Of a DNA stretch of 64,000 nt, positions 23,559 to 35,600 are shown one piece after another (position 1 is the first letter of the stretch; each line of letters starts with the position of its first letter). Origin of the DNA: Saprolegnia diclina VS20. Lineage: Eukaryota. A program made the position numbers and the translations under genes. Location: positions 1,286,193 to 1,350,192 of the forward strand of contig NW_008246070.1 in the NCBI RefSeq assembly GCF_000281045.1, read 5' to 3'. Below the pieces are notes generated by a model that was given only the letters and a program-made list of their open reading frames with translations, did no database searches and was not told the origin of the DNA.

Positions 23559-26086
23559 TTAGAAGAGCTTGACGTCCTTCTTCTTGGCCTGCTGCTTCCA
23601 CTTGGGCATCGCGTGGAACTCGGCGACCGTCATCCCAAACACCTTGTCAAAGTCCCCGGCGCTCAGATAGTTCTCCTTGAGCGCAATGTCGATGCCCTCG
23701 ACGCCCGAAAGCAGCTGCTCGTACGAAAACGTCTGGCCCGGCGCGGCCACGATCATCGGCGCGGCCGGCGGCACGACCTTGCCGATAGCCGGCGCGGCTT
23801 CGTGCGTACCCTCGGCCTTGGCCTTCTCCGCACGCATCTTCTGGAGCTTGGCCTCATACGGGTCGACGAACGCAGGCTGCTCAAAGAAGCTCGCGTCCCA
23901 GCCGGCAAAGTGGCACGTAAAGATCGCGGGCTCCTTCCCGGACGCGACCGTGATGATGGGCGTGTCGTCGCCGCGGCCGTCGCTCTTGGCCGCGCCGAGG
24001 TAGTCCTGCGCCATCTTGGCCGCGCCGCGCTTCTCGGCCTCGTTGGCGCCGTCGCCGATCCAGAGGAAGAGCGCCGTGTACACGTCGAGGAGGAAGACGT
24101 CGTCAATGTTGAGGTCGTCCTGCGCGAACGCGACGACCTCGGTCGCGTCAAAGAAGCCCGTCATGTTGGTGCAGTGGAAGAGGCGCGGCTCGTGCTGCGC
24201 TTCGATGCCGACCTTCTCGGACGGGTACGGGCCCTCGCCACCGAGGAAGCCCCAGAAAGAACCGTCTTCGCTGCCTTCCGGCACAACCGAGATGCTGCGG
24301 TTGAGGCGCAGGATGGACGCAATGCTGCTCGCGACCGACTGCTCCTCCGCGTTGGAGCTGCGGCCTTGCCACTCGTACACGACACGCGGCGTCACGAGCA
24401 CGTAGCAGTCGCCCGAGTTGAGGCTCGATGCGACCTCCTCGACCTGCGTCGCAAACGTGTTGAGCTCCGTCGAGCCCTTGACGTGGTAGAGCGAGACGCC
24501 GTCCGTGTCGTACGAGTCTTCGTCGTCGCGGTTCTTGAAGCCCGAGGCCTTGCCACCGCTGTGCACAATGAGCTTGCCGAGGAAGAGGCGGCGGAAGTGC
24601 GCGGGCTCCTTGCCCTGCGTCACGCGCACCTGGACGGGCGACCCGCCCATCTCGTCGTCGAGGCGCTGCGCCCAGAGCGCGGACGCCGCCTTCTCGTCCT
24701 GCGACGACATGCGGCCCTGCCAGTAGTAGATGACGTGCGCGGGCTTGCCGTTCGTTGGCGTAAACGTCTGCAGCACGACGTAGCTGTCGCCGCCGTAAAA
24801 CTGGCCGTATGTCTCGGGCGCCACCTCGACCTTCTCCATGTCCTCAATGCGCCACACCTTGACGACGCTCGAGCCACTCTGACCCGCAAACATGTCGTCG
24901 TCTTCGGTCGCCGAGACCGCGTACAAGCTTGCCGCGTTGACGCCGGCGTGGGCCGGCGACACAAGCGCCTTGGCCTCGACCGCGCCAAACGCGATCGTGC
25001 GCGGCGGGTCCCACGCGCGGAAGAGCGTCTTGAACGCGGCGCCTTCGGCACCGTCGGCGACGCGCGAGATGGGCGTGTGCGCCGCGCGCTTGGTCTGCGC
25101 AAGGTACTTAGTCGCGTAGATCATGCCGTTCTTGCGCTCGTCCGCCGACGCGCCCTTCCCGATCCAGACGTGGAGCGCGTTGCCGCCGTCGACAATAAAG
25201 ACATCGTCCGAGCTCAAGAGCGCCTTGGTGAGGATGCCGTCGGCCGGCGTCACATCGGTCGTCTTCAAGTTGGACGACGCATCGCTGAGCTGAATGAGCT
25301 TGATCGCGTTGCGCTGCGCCTTCTCGGCCGCCTCGTCGCTCGGGCCTTCCTTCGTGACGTTGATAAAGCCGCCAAGCGTCTTCCAGAACGTCGCGTTCTT
25401 GGGCTCGTCGTCGAGGAACGTGATAGAGCCGCGGCCGCCGCGCTCATTATTGTTGAGCTGGCGCACAAAGTCAAGCGCCTTGGCCTTCTCTTGGCGGTTG
25501 GCCGTCGGGCCGTTGAACTACGAGATGCATGAGACGCTGTCACGATGAGAAGAGCAGTGTATCGTCGACGTACGACAAAGATCTGGAGGCCCATGTCGAG
25601 GACGTAGACGTCGTCGGTCGTCAGCGACGCGGCCTTGACAGGCACTTCGTTGACGCGCACCGTGCGCTTGCCCTTGACCTGGAAGAGCTTGGTGTCGTAC
25701 TGGTCGCGCACGACGGTCTTGAAGCCGCTCTCAACGCCGCCGGCAAGGTACTCGATGCCGGTCGCCTTGAAGTACGAGAGGAAGAGGTCGCTCTCGTGGC
25801 CTTGGCATTCGCGGTACTGGATCGGGCCGCCGCCGAGCGCTTCGTCGAGCTCGACCGTCTTGTAGGCCGCGACGCCGCTCTCGTCCTGCGACGTGTCCTT
25901 GCCGAGCCAAAAGTGAATGTTCCACGCGAGCGCCGAGCCCTTCTGGAGCGTCTGGAGGAAGATGTAGCTGTCGCCCGAGTGGAGCTTGTGCAGGTCCTTC
26001 TTCACGGGCACCGGCACGAGCTTCTCGATGCGCCACGCCACAAGGCCCGGGCGCTGACCCACACCGACAAACGCTTGCTCCGCCAT
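23559..26086 (-). CDS. Villin (six gelsolin repeats plus headpiece)
   Basis: LVAWRIEK, HSGDSYI, IHFWLGKDTSQDE, REcQGHES, SLNSGDC, VRVTQGKEP. C-terminal headpiece MPKWKQQAKKKDVKLF. One intron at about 25518-25572. Confidence 0.95.
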
Positions 26087-26121
26087 CTTGGTTTCTGTAC
26101 TAGCTTGCTGCTGCTTGGACC

Positions 26122-26140
26122 GCAGATTGCAAAATGACTC
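26122..26140 (-). promoter_or_regulatory. Inr/FPR-like element of the villin gene
   Basis: Minus strand GAGTCATTTTGCAATCTG about 35 nt upstream of the ATG at 26086. Confidence 0.4.
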
Positions 26141-26658
26141 TGATGCCATGTGGCGCCGCCCGACCAAGCTATCAGTTCTAAGAGGTTTGAAGCAGATGAC
26201 GTGGCAGCCAACACGCACGCCAGCGACATCCAAATGTGCAATGTATGCGTTGTGAGAGGTTGTAACATGCGCTGCCCTACCCCGCCTTTAGATACGCCAC
26301 GACAAACCAGCGACAGCAGCCGGCTCTCACATCGTGCGTCGAACCGACCGGACGCAAAGACAAGGCAGGAAGAGGTGGCAGGTGCAGGTACTTGACCACA
26401 GCCACAAGTGCAACGTCAAAGGGCAATGTGAGCCGATACTACGCCGGTGTGTCACCAGCACAGGGACATCGAGCGAGGATGAATCGGCCGCGTCTTGGCA
26501 GATCCCGAAGGATGGCGTGGACGTCCTTGGGATGCACTGGGTAATAGCATGTGCCAAGATGTAGTAGCTTGGCCTTTCTGTTGAAGGCTCGCGCTTGCGC
26601 ACTATATACATGTATATTGATGGCCTTAGTAGAGCGAGAATGGTACAGAGGAGGTCGA

Positions 26659-27748
26659 CTAAAACTCGGCGAACGGGTCTTTGCCGTTGTAGACGGGCAC
26701 TGGCGCCTCTTCGTTCGAGTCCGGGTACGGGTCAAAGTTGGACGTGTCGTTGGGCGTCACGACCTTGGGGATGATGGGCGCGGTGCCTTTCCTTGCCAGC
26801 ATCGCGTCCCAGTCGACGCCCGAGAAGAACTTGTGCTTCTTGATGTCCTCGACGCCGTTCTTGAGGCACCCGTAGCGCTTGGTGAGGTCGGCCGTCAAGA
26901 GACGCTTGATGAGCGCCTTGGCGTTCCGGTCAAAGTACCGCGGAAAGTTGATCTTGCCGGACAGAATCTGCTGGTAGATGCCCATGGGATCGTCGTCGCA
27001 GAACGGCGGCTGGCCCGCGAGCATCTCGTAGATGAGGATGCCCATCGTCCACCAGTCGACGCCCTTGCCGTGGCCCTTGTTGAGGAGCACTTCGGGCGCA
27101 ATGTACTCGGGCGTCCCGCACAGCGTGTACGTCTTGAACGCCACGCGCTTGGCAAAGCCGAAATCCGTAATCTTGATAAAGCCTTCTTGGTCCAGAAGGA
27201 GGTTCTCGGGCTTGAGGTCGCGGTAGATAAAGTCCTGGCTGTGGAGGTACTCGAAGATCGACACGACCTGCGTCGCGTAAAACTTGGTCGTGTTGAAGTC
27301 AAAGCGCCCGGCTTTCCGAAGGTGCGTAAAGAACTCGCCGCCAATGACGTACTCGAGCACCATGTACAAGCACTTGGCGTCCTGGAACGTGCCCGCGAGG
27401 TTCACAATGAACGGATGGTCCAAGCACATGAGGATTGTCTTTTCCGAGATCATGTGCTCGACCTACATAGCACAATGAGGACGCGAAGAGACGCCGTCTG
27501 TATGTACTTGCTGCAGCCGGATGATCTCGGCCTTCTTGAGGATCTTGATGGCCCAGAAGGAGCCCGTGGCCTACGCGGCGAAATCGTCTTGGCGTGCGCC
27601 ATGCCATGCGCGGTACCTTGTGCGTCGCAAAGCGCACGCGGCCAAACGACCCGGTGCCCAAGGTCACGCCGAACTCAAAGTGGGCAATGTCGAGCGGGCC
27701 CGGGAGCTTGTTGCTGGGCTTGGTCGTCGTTCCTTCGGGCGTCGCCAT
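26659..27748 (-). CDS. cAMP-dependent protein kinase catalytic subunit (AGC kinase)
   Basis: LGTGSFGRV, YRDLKPEN, TDFGFAK, TYTLCGTPEYIAPE, DTSNFDPY, C-terminal FAEF. Two short introns. Confidence 0.95.
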
Positions 27749-28354
27749 GAGCCAGCGGCCTGCTTCTCGTCGACCTCGGCCGATACGAAAACTGGTTTCG
27801 GACCCGACAGCGTCGGGAGCCAAGGGTCGCTGACAAAAACGGCAGAAAAAAAGGATCGAAGATTAGCCGCGCGCCAAACGACGCGTCACGACGCCAAAAA
27901 GGGGTACGCGCGTCAAAAAGGGGTGCATCTCATCATCCACTGCGTTGGTTGCCGCTACGATACGAATGTACAAGGAGGCCTATCCGTCCCAACCACATGC
28001 ATTTGCCGACGAGAGCTCGGGCATTGACAAGCAGCCTGTCTATGCACACGTGGAGTACGGCGGTACGTACCCCTTTATGGCACGCGCCGCTGTAAGATCG
28101 CATGCTTGGATCCGGTATCCGGAAAATCGAAGCTCAAGATACCGTTTTGATCGCGCAGAGGTCGCTGGACCTGCGGCGGCTTTGGCGCTGACCACGAGGC
28201 GAAGAAGACGGAGACGGTAGTCGCCGGACGACAGTGTGAGCTGGTAATGGAGTGACTTGCGATGGCGTTAAGCTGGCGGCTTTGGCTTTCGAAATTCAAT
28301 TCTTTTTTTGGAAGGTTTCGCCTACCGAAGTTCGAAGATCGAGGATACGCGGCG

Positions 28355-29593
28355 ATGGACGACGATGTCCTCTTCGATGCACTCGACGTGCAGGCGACGC
28401 CCGAGATGGCCGAGCCGACGCGTCTCGAGCAGCCCAAGACCGAGATGGCGATGTATATGCCAGCGTCGAATGGACCGGACATCAAGGACCGCGTGTACAT
28501 GGAGCAGATCTTGACGTTGACAAGCCAAGTCGGCCAGTTAAAAGCATCCGCGGCCGAGTTTACCACTGCACGCGTGCAAAGCGCGGCCGAGCTGTCCACG
28601 TACGCAGCTTCTTGTCGCGCGGTGGGCGCTCATGCTAGCGTAGGCTACGGCAGCAGCTGGACCGGCACGAGTCGGCCGCCAAGCACCTCAAGCAGATGCT
28701 CAAAAACATCAGCGACAAATACACGGCGCTACAAAACGAGCACAAGAGCACGAAAGAGGAGGCGGACGAGCAACGAACGCTCCTCACGTCGGCCACAGAG
28801 CGCGTCGTTCTACTCGAAGGTCAAGTGACAGCGTATGAAGCGCAGCGTGAACAATGGGTCCAGCTCCAAGCAGCGCACGACGACGTGCGACGAGAGCTCT
28901 CGCAGGCGACAGCGGAGCGCGATGCGTGGCAACGCCAGGTGGTGCATTTCGAAGGCGTCGAAGCCGCCAACGAGCAACTGCGCAGTGACGCCGCCACGAT
29001 TGCGCTCGAGCACGAGCTGGCGCGAAAGCGGATGCACCACATCATCAAGGAGCTGCGCAAGTCGCTCGCAGAAGAGCGGGCCCGCCAGCCGCCGTCGCCG
29101 GTAGTCATCTCGACGCCACTGGCTGTCAAGTGCATTCACGTGGCCGAGCCCATCGATAGCGCAGCAGACGTCGTCTCGGAGTTTGCGCTGCGCATCGAGG
29201 GCCTTTTACAGGCAAACGCGCTCTTGACCGAGCGCCTTCGGTTCTCAGAGGAGAACACGCGGCTGCTGGCAACCGACTTGGAGAAAAAGCGGTTGCTGTT
29301 GAGCCACCTCACGCGCACGGCGATGACGGTACCGCCGCGATGGCCTTCATGCCTTATACACCAATGCTAGGAGGACATGGACGATATGCATACGCTGGCC
29401 AAGGCGATGTACACCGAGCGTCTCGAGACGGCCAATGCGCTACTCCTGGCCTTGTTGCGCGAGAACGCGGCGCTCAAGGTACACCCAACGCCGCTGAGGG
29501 ATTTTGCTCCGTGTCGACTAGGCGCGGGCGCCACTGGGGCCACTGCCGCTCGCCGACGGGCAAGCGCTACATGCAATGTACCGTGCCCTGTAG
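28355..29593 (+). CDS. Coiled-coil protein, GRIPAP1/CCDC186-like C-terminus
   Basis: LARKRMHHIIKELRKSLAEE, FALRIEGLLQANALLTERLRFSEENTRLLATDLEKKRLLL and LLALLRENAALK resemble the GRIPAP1/CCDC186 C-terminal motifs. Three introns. Confidence 0.55.
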
Positions 29594-29633
29594 CAAACGT
29601 GGATGACAGTGGAAACATGCATATGCAAGGGGC

Positions 29634-32600
29634 TTAAAGATCCCGAAGCTTGGACGTAATGAGTTCCGTGAGCTCACGCACTTGGTCCTTGAGCTGCTCA
29701 ATGTCCGAGTCGTTGGCGACATCGCGGTTCTTGGGGATCCACGACATCTCTTTGGCCTGGACCTTCTGGTACACGAACGACTCGGTGCCGTTCATGTCGG
29801 TCGTCGGCTTGCCCTTGAGGTACATGATGAAGAAGAAGTAGTGCCACAGGTTGTGCTCTTCGTTCGTGTGGCGCGCAAAGTTGTCGCGGAGGCCAAGGCG
29901 AATGCCCGCGTACTCAATGTCGTCCTTGGACGTGTTGCACACGAGACACGAGTTCATGGCCGTCCGGTCCTTCTCTTCGGCCGCCTCACGCAGCGCGCCG
30001 AACGCATCGATGATGATACCCATGATGACGTTCATGAGGAAAAGCAGCACGATGATGAAGAAGAAGAGGTCGTAAACGACGCGGAAGAAGAACTTGACCG
30101 GCTCCGTGTAGTCGAGCGGGTGGTCGATCGACCCCGTCATGTAGTCGCCAATGCCGCCGCCACTCAGCAACCCTACCCAAGCAACCTAGTGAAGCCGAGT
30201 CGAGCTAGTAGCACGCTCGTACCGTAGTGCATGTAGACAAAGAAGCACTGCATCATCGACGAGCACTGCGCGTTCGCGTCGCCTTCCATCATTTCCGCTT
30301 GGAAGAAGAAGAACCCGATGAGCGAGAAGACGTAGATGACGATCGCGCCAAATGCCATCGTCATGCCCAGCGGCGCCAAGTTGAACGTGACGGCCTTGAG
30401 CTACACATAACCATGAGTTATATGAGACAATCTCTCGAGGATTATATATCGTACAATGTTGGCGAGACGGGCATTCGTGCCGAGGAGGTCGAGCAGCGGG
30501 ACACCATAAAAGAGGTACCCATACGAGAGACACGAGCGCGCAAGCCCAATGTACGCGCAGAGCGTGTAGATGGTGAAGATAACGACCACGTCCGAGACCA
30601 GCGTGTCGAATACGACGTTGTACCAGAATAGCAGCCGGGCGCACCCGAGCTTCTTGTTGATCGCGTGGTCTTCGACAATGTACATAAAGTGCAAGGTGCC
30701 GGCAATGCGGCGGAGGCACCGGAAGCACGAGTAGATGAAGAAGAGGAGCGCGAGCACGGCGTTGATCTGCGTCACGACGTCGTCCGTGCCAAAGACGAGG
30801 ATGATGACGATAAAGACGCCCGCGAGCACCGCTACGCAGCATCCTCGTGAGCGAATGCCACTATGTTAATGCCGCCCGTACCAAAGACAAACAGCAGGTC
30901 CAAAATCGCCGTCACAACGCGCTGCTTGACGTCGGCCCACTGCAGCATGTACAGCTTCATTGGCTCGATTTGCTGCTTGGCCATGTGGAACGACATGCTG
31001 GTCGCAATGTGGAAGATCCACAGCGACGTGCAAATGAGCGCGAAAATCACGCCAAACGCGTAAAACACCGCTTGCACCTATAATACGTCATACAACGTGG
31101 CCTCGAGATACGAGCTCGTACGTTGGCTTCCATCGAGGGCAGCAGCGTCGCCTCGTCCATCTCCATGCCGAGCACCATGATAAAGTTGAGGAAGAGACAC
31201 AAAATGAACATCCACCGACGGAGCGCGAGGCTGTGGCCGGCCATCCACGCGTACAAGCGCGAGTCGGCGAGCGCGTGCCGCGTCTTGAGCTCCTCGTCGA
31301 TCGTCCTAGCACAATGATCACATAAATCACATTGATACATTGATACAAACGGGACGTACCGCGCTGCCTTGGACGTAAAGACCGAGAGAGCGTTTTCTGT
31401 GCCCATCTCCATCGCGTCCAGAAGCCGCTTCTGCTCCGGACGCTGGAGGTACTTGGCTTCCGGCGGCTTGGGAAAGTAGACGGCCACGTTGGCGTCGCCG
31501 CGCACGATCTGAATCGAGATCGTTTGGCCCGCGAAAAAGTCGACGTCGCTGTTCTCGAGGTCCTTCCACTGCTTGGCGAACGCTGCGAGTGCCACGTCAT
31601 TGCACGCCAACAGCGCATACGCGACGCGGAGAAACTCGATGGACGCTTCAAAGACTGCATGGCCCAACCGCGTGTCCGATGTCTTGAGCAGCTGGCGGTT
31701 GTGCGAGAGGACTGATGCAATGTCGTCGGGCGGCAGCAAGCGCGAGAGCGGAATGTGCACGACGGCGTCGCTGCGGCACTCGGTCATCGCCAGAAGCACT
31801 TCGCTCGCGTTTTTGCGCAACTTGGCGGCGGCGACGCGGTCCGCGGCCGGCACGTCGCGCGTGTCGAGCACGAGCAGCGCACACCACTTGGGCACGATGC
31901 TCTCGGTCAGAATCGCTTGGTTCTCCAAGCACGGCCCTTGGCACGCCTCGCTCAGGAACGCAAACACCTTGGAGAGCACCTTCATGTCCGTGGGTTCAAA
32001 CCGAAGCCCGCGGCTGCAAATCGCACTGAGAAGCTCGATCGCGCTGTCGAGAAAACTCTGTGGCGGTCGAATCGTCGTCGAGCGCATGAGCGCTTGCCAG
32101 TCGTGGTGGTGGTTCTCGCAAAGCAGTTGGAGCAGCGTGAGCGCTGAAATCGCACCGTCGAGGACCACGTCGTGGTGCGTGTGGGCGGCCACGGCGTGCG
32201 TCTGCGCTTCGACGTGCTGCATGAGGAAGGTGGCGACCAGTAGCTGCTGCTCGGGCGAGCTCGCGTCCAGTGACGCGTACAGTGCGTCCTGCGCCGCGTC
32301 GTACCCATCCGCGAGGAACTCGGCGAGCAGCTGCAGCGTCATTGCACTCAGCACGGGGTTGGTGGCGTCCCGCATCGCCCGCTGGATGCACGTGAGGACG
32401 ACCTTGGCCACGTCGACCTTGACGGCGACCGCGAGCGTCTTGCGCCAGATCGCGGCGGCTTGCAATAGCACCTTCTCGTCCGGCTCGTCGTCGGATGTGG
32501 CTTTCATACGCTTGGCCCGCAGTGCGTGCACGAGGAAGCCGAGCGCCAGCGTCCACGACGGCGTCTCCTGCAGCACAAGCTGTGCGAGCGCCTGGAGGAG

Positions 32601-35600
32601 CGCGGTCGCGTCCACCATGCTCGTCAGCGTCTGCTTCCACGAGGTCGCGACTTGGTCGAGGTCCAGCACAATGGGCGCCAGCGAGTGTCCGGACGACGGC
32701 TGGCGCGCAATGTCGATCGACCGGTACTTTTCGCCGTGGAAGGTACGGGTCGAGAGCCACTTGCGCGGGCCGGAGAGGAGCCCTTCGACGTTGCCGCTCG
32801 TGAGCGTCGTCGGCGTCTTGTGCGCCTTGGGCTTGACGTTCCAGTCCTGCTTGGAGAGCACGATCGCGAGGAGGTCGTGGGTCGTTGGCGCCACCGCCTT
32901 GGGCTCGCAACGGAGCAAGAACTCGGCCACGTGCACGACGTGCGCGACCTCGTCTTCGTTCGAGACAAAGTGGGCGATCTGGCCGTGGGCGTGGACCACC
33001 GACGGCTCGAGAAGCGGCAGCTGCTCCTTGAGAATCGGCGCCATGCACTCGACGACGGTCTGCCGCACAAACTCGCGAAAGTGGCCTTGGCACAAGCCGG
33101 CGCTCTTCTCGAGCCCGGCCTTTTGCAAATCGCGTGCGACGCGGCGCTGGGCCCAGACGAGCGCGGCCATGTGCGGGCACAGCTCCGGCCGCTGGAGACG
33201 CGCCACCATTTCTTCCAGCGTGACCGTCGTGTGCACGCACGTGAACCGCGCGTGGTCCTTGATGAGCGTCTCGAGGAGGTCGTGGATGGCCGTTAAGAGC
33301 GGCGTGATCGACGCGCCGTGAAAGTCGAGCACGAGCGGCTGCTTGCGCGTCTCGACAAGCGTGTACCAGCCGCGGAGCCAGGGCAAAATACCTTCGAGCA
33401 CGATGAGCTCGTTCTTGGGCGAGAGGTCGCGGAGCAAGCTGTGGCAGCGCTGGAAGACGAGCTCGAGCGACGGCAAGGACGACGCCGGCAGCTGCACGAC
33501 GCCGACCGTGCTCTCAAAGTAGAGGCACGCCATGAGCAGCAGCGACACGCGCTTGAGCTGGAGCGTCGACCGCTTCTGTAAAAAGAGCTCGAGGAGCCAC
33601 TGCAGCGAAAAGATGCTCTTGCTCTCGAGGTGGCCAAACATGCTCTCGTGCGTCTTGCCGTCCGCGACCATCGCGAGCAGCTCGAGCAAGTTGCAGTAGA
33701 TCGAGAGCTTGGCTTCCGGCATCGGCCCGCTGCTCACGGGACGGGACGACGGTGACGCCAGCGTCTCGGGCTCGTCCGCGTCCACGAGCGCCAACGTCTG
33801 CTTGATGTCGAGATCCGAGTGGAAGAGGTAGAGGTTGATGTCGTGCTTCCACTCGGCGCGGGGTGCAATGTTGACGAGCCGGAGCACGACGCGGCCGGCC
33901 ATTTCGCTCGTCTGCAGATGTTCGAGCAGGATTTGAAAGAGCTATAAGTCCACATGTCAATATGGCACCACTTGGACCATAAAGGCAAGGTACCGTTGTA
34001 AAGCGCGAGTCGACTGGCATATATGGCGTCGTGCCATGGAGCATCTCGAGCACAATGTGGCCGACGCTCTCGACAAACGTCGCATTCGCCTGCACGAGGC
34101 GCCCGAGGATCGAGAGGAGCTCCATCTTGGTGTCATCCAGAAGCGCTTGCGGGTGGCGGAGCATGGCCTTGAGCACCTGCAGAAGCGACTTGGCAAACTT
34201 GATGCGGTCGCGGACACACTGCTCCTTGAACTGACGGTACGGGTAGAACGCTTGGTTGGGGCAAAAGTAGTTTTGCTCGACGTTGAGCGTCTCGTAGTCG
34301 GGCACGGTGAACGCGTGCTTGAGCAACGACGTCGTCAAGTAGGACAGAATCCGCTTGGGTACGTGCGCGAGCAAGAGCAAGTCGACAAGCGACGCGTCCT
34401 TGCCCCACTTGTCGCTGAGCCGGCACGCTTGCAATACCGGCGAGAGCGCGCTCAGAATGTCCTTGCGCTTCCCGCTCGCCTTGTGGAACGACTTTTTCGC
34501 GTCTTCTTTGGACAAGGTGAAGCGAATCTCGTGCGCGCGCGCGTCCAAAATGGTGTTGGCGTCTTTGAGCACTTCGCGGAGCTTCTCGTAGTCGGCGTTC
34601 ACGCGCTTGAGCTTCATGCAGATGACGTAATCCGTGCGCATCCACGCAAAGTTGTATGCCGGCAGAATCTGCGCCACGTTGCGCATCGCTGCCTCGGCGA
34701 GGAGCCGGTCCGAGTGACACGCGAGCATCGAGAGGTACTGCACCATGACATCCGAGGCTTCGGGCATATAGTCCATAGTGTACTCGATGCTGCGGAGCAC
34801 AAAGAGCTGCGTAAACTTGGCAATGACCGCGAGGAGCCGGCGCTGGCACAAGACGACCTTGTTGACGCCCATCGAAAGCGACGTCGCGCCGAGGAGGTCG
34901 AACGGGTCCATGTCCGAGTGCACGTCCGGGTACACGACCGGCGTGAGCAGCTCCCAGCTCATGCCCGCCGCAAAGAGCGTCTTGAGCAGCCGGCCGCACA
35001 TGAAGCTCGGGATCGCCGTGTACCATCCGAGGTCGAGCACGAGGTCGAGGAGATCGAGCACGTGGTACACAAACGCAAAGTAGTTGTTGGGCGCTTTTGG
35101 GCGGTTGAGCGTGTCGGCAATGAGCGCTTTCACCGACTCTTGCGCGACGGACGAGACGTACGCGTTGTCGTCGTCCATGAACCCGAGCGACGCGCGGCTG
35201 TCGAGGTTGAGGAACCACGTTGTGAGGCGAATGTCCTGGCTCGCGGTCGTCGGGGGTGCCAAGTAGAGGTACTGGAAGAGCTGGAGAAAGAGCCCGCGCA
35301 TCGAGTACGGCAGGCCTTGCATCGCCGGCGACTCGATCACGCGCAGCAAGAGCGGGAGCGAGAATTTCTTTTGAAAGAGCTTTTGGCACGTCACGTTGGT
35401 CTTGACGAGCACTGACACGAGCTTGAGCTGGTGGAGGAACAAGACGCACCATTTCTGCGCGCGCTTGGTAAAGCTGTCGGCCCAGAACGTCTTGAGGTGC
35501 GGCTGGATCGCGCGGCTGAGCACTTGGAGCGGCACGCGGGCGACGCCGTCTTCGACGTGGGCTTCTGGCAAGAGACCGAGCTCGTCCGGCTGCAAGAGCA

